NCBI GenBank assembly: GCA_963667465.2
Contig: CAXXDN010000002.1
Coordinates: forward strand, 672,001-736,000
Reading direction: 5' to 3'
Source: Dehalococcoidia bacterium
GTDB taxonomy: Bacteria; Chloroflexota; Dehalococcoidia; UBA2979
Length of the DNA: 64,000 nucleotides
Below, one piece after another: positions 59,631 to 64,000 of this stretch; positions within the stretch are counted from its first letter, which is position 1; each line of letters begins with the position of its first letter. The notes beneath the pieces were generated by a model. It did no database searches. It saw only the letters and a program-made list of their open reading frames with translations, and had not been told where the DNA came from. The position numbers and the translations under genes are program-made.

Positions 59631-60545
59631 TCACTCGGTGGCGGCGATCACCAGCGGCACGACGGCGCGAGGTGGCGGGAAACCCTCACCAGCGGACGCG
59701 TCCTCCTCGAACACCTCGAGGTGCGCGAGCTGGTGCTCGGCCGCCTCGTACTCGACCGCGAAGCCGAAGGGCGCCGGGCCATCCACTCCGCCGCCCATCG
59801 CGAAGCCGCTCGCCAGTTCCTCACCCGTACGGCCGCGGAGGCGCCACTGCACATTCGACTCGAACGTGCGAGAGCAGCCGCGAACCGTAAACCCACTCGC
59901 GACCTCCTCGCCAGCGGCGGGCGAGGTCACGATCACGAGCGCGGCGTCGGGCAGGCTCCCATCACACGCGAACGCGTCAGCAGCGCTGATGCCCGAGAGC
60001 TCCTCCAGTGCCTCGCCCGCGAGGCGGAACCGGCGAATGACGAGGATCGAAGGGGCTTCTGAGTACGGCGCGTCGGGCGGCCGGTCGACGATCGCCACCG
60101 TGATGCTGCCCTCGTGGATCGAGAGACCTGCGATGCGTATCCGGTCGCCGAGGAAGACGGTGTCGGCGTCGCGGAGGTCGCCCTCCTCATTCAGCAGCGC
60201 GTGCAGGTAGCGGAAGTTCCCGCTGCCGCCCAGGTGCTCGATCGTGATGGCTGCGGCGTCCGCGCTGCCGTCGCCGTCGAGGTCGCCGAGGGTCCACTGG
60301 CTGAGGCGGATCTCGAGTTCGCTGGCCGAGCCGGGCGCGACCGGCTCGCGAAACTCGCCGTCCTCGAGCGTGGCCGTGCCGCTGTCGGTGTGCTCGGTCA
60401 GGATGGTCGCCGCCTCGAGGCTCACGCCGTCCACCCGATCGGTGCCGACTACGTCACAGGACGCCAACGCCGCGGCTGCGAAGAGCAGCACGCCCGCGGC
60501 CGTCGCGCTTCGAGCAGCACGCCGGGTCCAGTCTCGCATCGACAT
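59631..60545 (-). CDS. Lipoprotein with C-terminal Gmad2-like Ig domain
   Basis: Lipobox LASC; GDLDGDG loop; VTSP..GE.V.SG.TVRG.SRTFE.NV is Gmad2-like. Confidence 0.7.
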   Translation of the reverse strand: MSMRDWTRRAARSATAAGVLLFAAAALASCDVVGTDRVDGVSLEAATILTEHTDSGTATLEDGEFREPVAPGSASELEIRLSQWTLGDLDGDGSADAAAITIEHLGGSGNFRYLHALLNEEGDLRDADTVFLGDRIRIAGLSIHEGSITVAIVDRPPDAPYSEAPSILVIRRFRLAGEALEELSGISAADAFACDGSLPDAALVIVTSPAAGEEVASGFTVRGCSRTFESNVQWRLRGRTGEELASGFAMGGGVDGPAPFGFAVEYEAAEHQLAHLEVFEEDASAGEGFPPPRAVVPLVIAATE

Positions 60546-60582
60546 AGCGGCTCCCTCGGAGTCGGGCGTCAGTTACAGAGTA

Positions 60583-60614
60583 GTCCGAAGGCGGTCCGAG
60601 GCGGTCCGAAGGCG
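60583..60614. repeat. Triple direct repeat GTCCGA(A)GGCG in divergent intergenic region
   Basis: 60583-60593, 60594-60603, 60604-60614. Confidence 0.85.
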
Positions 60615-60789
60615 GGAGGACGCGGCCTTCATCGTACCGCTACGCCCGGCCGCCGCATGGGCCGCTGACGCCCCCGCGCGGGTCGCAGCGGACACGGCGG
60701 CCCGCGCAGCCCGTATCCTTGATCGCGCGACGGACCGGCCGCGCGGTGTGTCCCGCGCGATCCGGACCGTGGCCCCGGAGGAGGACCGG

Positions 60790-62049
60790 ATCCCGAGGAA
60801 GCGCACTCGCAACGGCCGTAACGGCGGCAGCGGAGCAGCGAACGGGCGCGGTCACGCGACCGCGCCGGTGCAGGAACGCGCCTTCCTCGTCGGCCTGGAC
60901 TACCAGCGCAAGCCGCTGATGCCGCCTCGCGAGTCGCTGCGCGAGCTGGCGCGGCTCGCCCGCACGGCGGGCGCGACCGTCGTTGGCCAGACGCTGCAGC
61001 GGCGGCCCCGCCCGGACCCCGCGACCTGGATCGGCGCGGGCAAGCTCGAGGAGATCCAGGCCGCACGGGAGACGACGGACTACTCGCTCGTGATCTTCGA
61101 CGAGCAGCTCTCGCCCGCCCAGCAGCTGCGCCTGGAGGAGGCGCTGGGCGTCAAGGTACTGGACCGCAGCGCGCTGATCCTCGACATCTTCGCCAGCCGC
61201 GCGCGCACCCGCGAGGCGGCGCTGCAGGTCGAGCTGGCGCAACACGAGTACCTGCTGCCGCGCCTGCGCGGACAGTGGCGGCACCTCGAACGCACCGAGG
61301 GCGCGATCGGCGCGCGCGGACCGGGCGAGACACAGCTGGAGACAGACCGTCGCCTGGTCGGTGCTCGCATCAGCCACCTCAAGCGCTCGATCCAGAGCGT
61401 GCGCAAGCAGCGCGCGCTACACCGCCGCCGCCGCGAGCGCGACGGCATCCCCGTCGTCGCCCTCGTCGGCTACACCAACGCCGGCAAGTCCTCGCTGCTC
61501 CAGGCGCTCGCGGGGAGTGAGGCCTTCACCGCCGACGCGCCCTTCGCGACGCTCGACCCGCTCACGCGCCGCGTTGGCGTGCCGGGCGGCCATGCATTTC
61601 TGCTGACCGACACGGTGGGCTTCATCCAGAAGCTGCCGACGCAGCTCATCTCGGCCTTCCGCGCCACCCTCGAGGAACTCGAATCCGCCGATCTGCTCCT
61701 CCACGTCGTCGACGCGAGCTCGCCTGCCGCGGCTGCGCAGGGCGATACCGTGCTCGACACGCTCGCCGGCCTCGATCTGACCGGCCGGCCGGTGCTGACC
61801 GTGCTCAACAAGGCCGACGAGCTTGAGCTGCCCGACGGCGCGCTGCCGGCTGCGGAGTCCGACCTCGCGCGGCTCGACGGCGAGAACCCGGCGCACGAGT
61901 CGGCGCTGGCGCACCCGGATCTGCCGCACATCGGGACGCTGGTCGTCTCGGCGCTGCACGGCTGGGGCATCGCTGCGCTGCGTGAGCGCCTGGCGCTCGA
62001 CCTCTTCGGCGAGCGTCCGCCCGCGCGGGCGCTGGCAGCGTCGAGCTGA
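60790..62049 (+). CDS. hflX: GTPase HflX
   Basis: ILDIFA.RA.T.EA.LQVELAQ, RGPGETQLETDRR, GYTNAGKSS, FATLDP, DTVGF, NKAD, SA; start ATC 60790 or GTG 60769. Confidence 0.96.
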   Translation: MPRKRTRNGRNGGSGAANGRGHATAPVQERAFLVGLDYQRKPLMPPRESLRELARLARTAGATVVGQTLQRRPRPDPATWIGAGKLEEIQAARETTDYSLVIFDEQLSPAQQLRLEEALGVKVLDRSALILDIFASRARTREAALQVELAQHEYLLPRLRGQWRHLERTEGAIGARGPGETQLETDRRLVGARISHLKRSIQSVRKQRALHRRRRERDGIPVVALVGYTNAGKSSLLQALAGSEAFTADAPFATLDPLTRRVGVPGGHAFLLTDTVGFIQKLPTQLISAFRATLEELESADLLLHVVDASSPAAAAQGDTVLDTLAGLDLTGRPVLTVLNKADELELPDGALPAAESDLARLDGENPAHESALAHPDLPHIGTLVVSALHGWGIAALRERLALDLFGERPPARALAASS

Positions 62050-62140
62050 GCGAGGGGTTCAGGAACCCCAGCCGCCCGGACCGCGTTATCCTCACAGGGG
62101 CTGTTCGCTCAGCGAGCGGCTCTTGGGCGACGGGAGCACG

Positions 62141-62665
62141 ATGGGCGACACAGCCACGCCGTCCGGAGCACGCGATCCTCGGCGGCACGATGGCCGCGAG
62201 ACGTTCGGGCGCTACCTCGATGACTTCGTGGCGGGCGACGAGTTCCTCCATTGGCCCGGCCGCACCATCACCGAGTACGACGACACGCTCTTCGCCGCGC
62301 TGACAATGAACCAGCATCCGGTACACAGCGACGCGGCCTACGCCGCGGGCACGCAACACGGGGAGCGCCTCGTCGTCGGGACGCTCGTCTTCAGCCTCGT
62401 CGTCGGCATGACGGTGCGCGACATCTCCGGCCGCGCGATCGCCAACCTGCAGTACGACGAGGTCCGTCACCTCGGACCAGCCTTCCACGGCGACACGATC
62501 TACGCGCGCTCGACCGTGCTGGACGTGCAGCCCAGCGCACGCCACCCCGGCCGCGGCGTCCTCGAGGTCGAGACGATCGCCGAGAACCAGCGCGGCGAGC
62601 CGGTGCTGTCCTTCCGGCGCGCGGTGCTGTTGCCGTGCCGCCCGCTGGACGGGGACGCGGCATGA
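62141..62665 (+). CDS. MaoC-family (hot-dog) dehydratase
   Basis: GRYLDDF..G, GRTITEYD..LF...TMN.HP.H, P.FHGDT, NQRGEPV. Confidence 0.88.
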   Translation: MGDTATPSGARDPRRHDGRETFGRYLDDFVAGDEFLHWPGRTITEYDDTLFAALTMNQHPVHSDAAYAAGTQHGERLVVGTLVFSLVVGMTVRDISGRAIANLQYDEVRHLGPAFHGDTIYARSTVLDVQPSARHPGRGVLEVETIAENQRGEPVLSFRRAVLLPCRPLDGDAA

Positions 62666-63897
62666 CCGTGGAGGGGATGCCGGCGCGGCCGCTCGAGGGG
62701 CTGCGCGTGATCGCGGTCGACCAGTACGGCGCCGGCCCGTTCGCGACGCTCCACCTCGCCGACCTCGGCGCGGACGTGATCAAGATCGAAGATCCGGCTG
62801 CCGGTGGCGACATGGGCCGCTACGTGCCGCCCTACGCCGAGGAGCAGGACAGCCTCTTCTTCCAGGCGCTCAACCGCGGTAAGCGCAGCCTTGCGCTCGA
62901 CCTCCGCTCGCCCGAGGGCGCCGCCATTCTCGGCGACCTCGTCGCGGTCTCGGACGCGCTGTTCTGCAACCTGCGCGGGGACGGGCCGGCGCGGCTCGGC
63001 TTGACGTACGAGCAGCTGCGGCATCGCAACCCGCGCATCGTCTGCTGCTCGCTCAGCGGCTACGGGGCGAGCGGATCGCGGGCCAGCGAGCCGGCGTTCG
63101 ACTACCTGATCCAGGCGGAGCTCGGCTACATGGCGATCACCGGCGAGCCCGGCGGCCCGCCGACGCGCTCCGGCGTTTCCGTGGTCGACTGGTCGGCAGG
63201 CTACGCGGCCGCCTTCGCGCTGCTGGCCGGAGTGCAGCAGGCGCAGCGCACCGGCCGAGGCGCGGACATTGACCTCTCGCTCTACGAGATCGGGCTGGGG
63301 ATGCTCAACTACGTGGCCTCCTGGCATCTCACGCGCGGCTACCAGCCGGAGCGGCTGCCGGGCTCGGCGCATCCCAGCCTCGTGCCCTCGCAGGTCTTTG
63401 CGACGGCGGACGGGCACATCTTCGTGATGTGCAACAAGGAGTCCTTCTACGGCGCGCTCTGCGAGGCGATCGAGCGCCCCGACCTCGCCTCCGACCCGCG
63501 CTTTGCGAACGCCGCCGCCCGCCTCGCGCATCGCGAGACACTCGTCGCGCTGCTGTCCGAGGTGTTCGCGCAGCGCCCGACGGCGGAGTGGATGGAAGCG
63601 CTGCTCGGGATCGTGCCCGTCGCCGTGCCTCGCGGAGTTCCGGAGGCGCTCGCCGACGACTTCCTGCGCGAGCGCGGCGACATCGTCGAGGTCCAGCACG
63701 AGCGCTTCGGTCCGTTGCAACAGATCGCCACCCCGTTCCGCTTCGCCGGCGACGAGCCGGACTACCGGGCTGCCTCGGGACTGGGCGAGGACAGCGAGGA
63801 CGTGCTGTCCTCGCTGCTTGGTTACGGCGCGGAGCGCGTCGCCGCGCTGCGCGAGGCGGGCGTCATCGCCGGTCCCGAGCGGGCGCCTGCCCGATGA
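62662..63897 (+). CDS. Family III CoA-transferase (CaiB/BaiF)
   Basis: PLEGLRV, AGPF, LADLGADVIKIE, NRGKRS, SVVD; ATGA overlap with MaoC gene. Confidence 0.92.
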   Translation: MTVEGMPARPLEGLRVIAVDQYGAGPFATLHLADLGADVIKIEDPAAGGDMGRYVPPYAEEQDSLFFQALNRGKRSLALDLRSPEGAAILGDLVAVSDALFCNLRGDGPARLGLTYEQLRHRNPRIVCCSLSGYGASGSRASEPAFDYLIQAELGYMAITGEPGGPPTRSGVSVVDWSAGYAAAFALLAGVQQAQRTGRGADIDLSLYEIGLGMLNYVASWHLTRGYQPERLPGSAHPSLVPSQVFATADGHIFVMCNKESFYGALCEAIERPDLASDPRFANAAARLAHRETLVALLSEVFAQRPTAEWMEALLGIVPVAVPRGVPEALADDFLRERGDIVEVQHERFGPLQQIATPFRFAGDEPDYRAASGLGEDSEDVLSSLLGYGAERVAALREAGVIAGPERAPAR

Positions 63898-64000
63898 GCG
63901 CGCTGCCCGCGAGCGACGAGGCGCGCGAGCTGCTGGTCGCCAACCTGCGGGACTGGGTGCGGCGGCGCGTGCTGCCCGTCGCGCGCGAGTACGAGCTGCG
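63894..64000 (+). CDS. Probable acyl-CoA dehydrogenase, 3' truncated by window edge
   Basis: ATGA overlap; MSALPASDEARELLVANLRDWVRRRVLPVAREYE resembles the ACAD N-terminal helix. Confidence 0.55.
   Translation, partial: MSALPASDEARELLVANLRDWVRRRVLPVAREYEL

Noticed and set aside
60244-60768. Long N-terminal extension of HflX in the ORF track
   Set aside because: Overlaps the divergent lipoprotein gene and the promoter region; no HflX-like sequence

Overview
High-GC (about 70% by eye) bacterial chromosomal segment, densely coding, with no rRNA, tRNA, CRISPR, IS or phage genes recognised. Gene content (DapL lysine route, archaeal-type ApgM, F420-dependent Ddn/split-barrel proteins, paralogous CoA-transferases, acyl-CoA dehydrogenases and Zn-ADHs, MacAB with no TolC nearby) suggests a monoderm Chloroflexota/Dehalococcoidia-like organism; this is inference. 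In order: catabolic genes (MBL hydrolase, CoA-transferase, SDR, nitroreductase, ThDP enzyme, hydantoinase A/B, ACAD, two tandem ADHs); a cobalamin-riboswitch operon btuFCD-cobO-cbiB-cobD-cobQ-PHP; two paralogous membrane proteins; a secreted repeat protein, a MacAB-like exporter and an OmpR/HK pair sharing one direct-repeat promoter motif; a stand-alone murE; guaA-purD-orf-purE-cupin-purB-purC-purS; tsaC-MFS-acylase-prenyl synthase-pgk; apgM-tpiA-miaA; dapF-GNAT-dapL; dcd; hflX; MaoC/CoA-transferase/ACAD. Three complete type II toxin-antitoxin pairs and one antitoxin-like relic sit at operon junctions. Best leads: (i) a predicted self-contained envelope regulon with three matching operator/-10 cassettes and an 846-aa adaptor whose hairpin arms each carry four 33-aa units; (ii) a PHP hydrolase in a cobamide salvage operon; (iii) probable non-canonical starts for hflX (ATC) and miaA (CTG); (iv) a PurE lacking the 70s-loop His, with no purK nearby and two unknown metal-binding genes flanking it.
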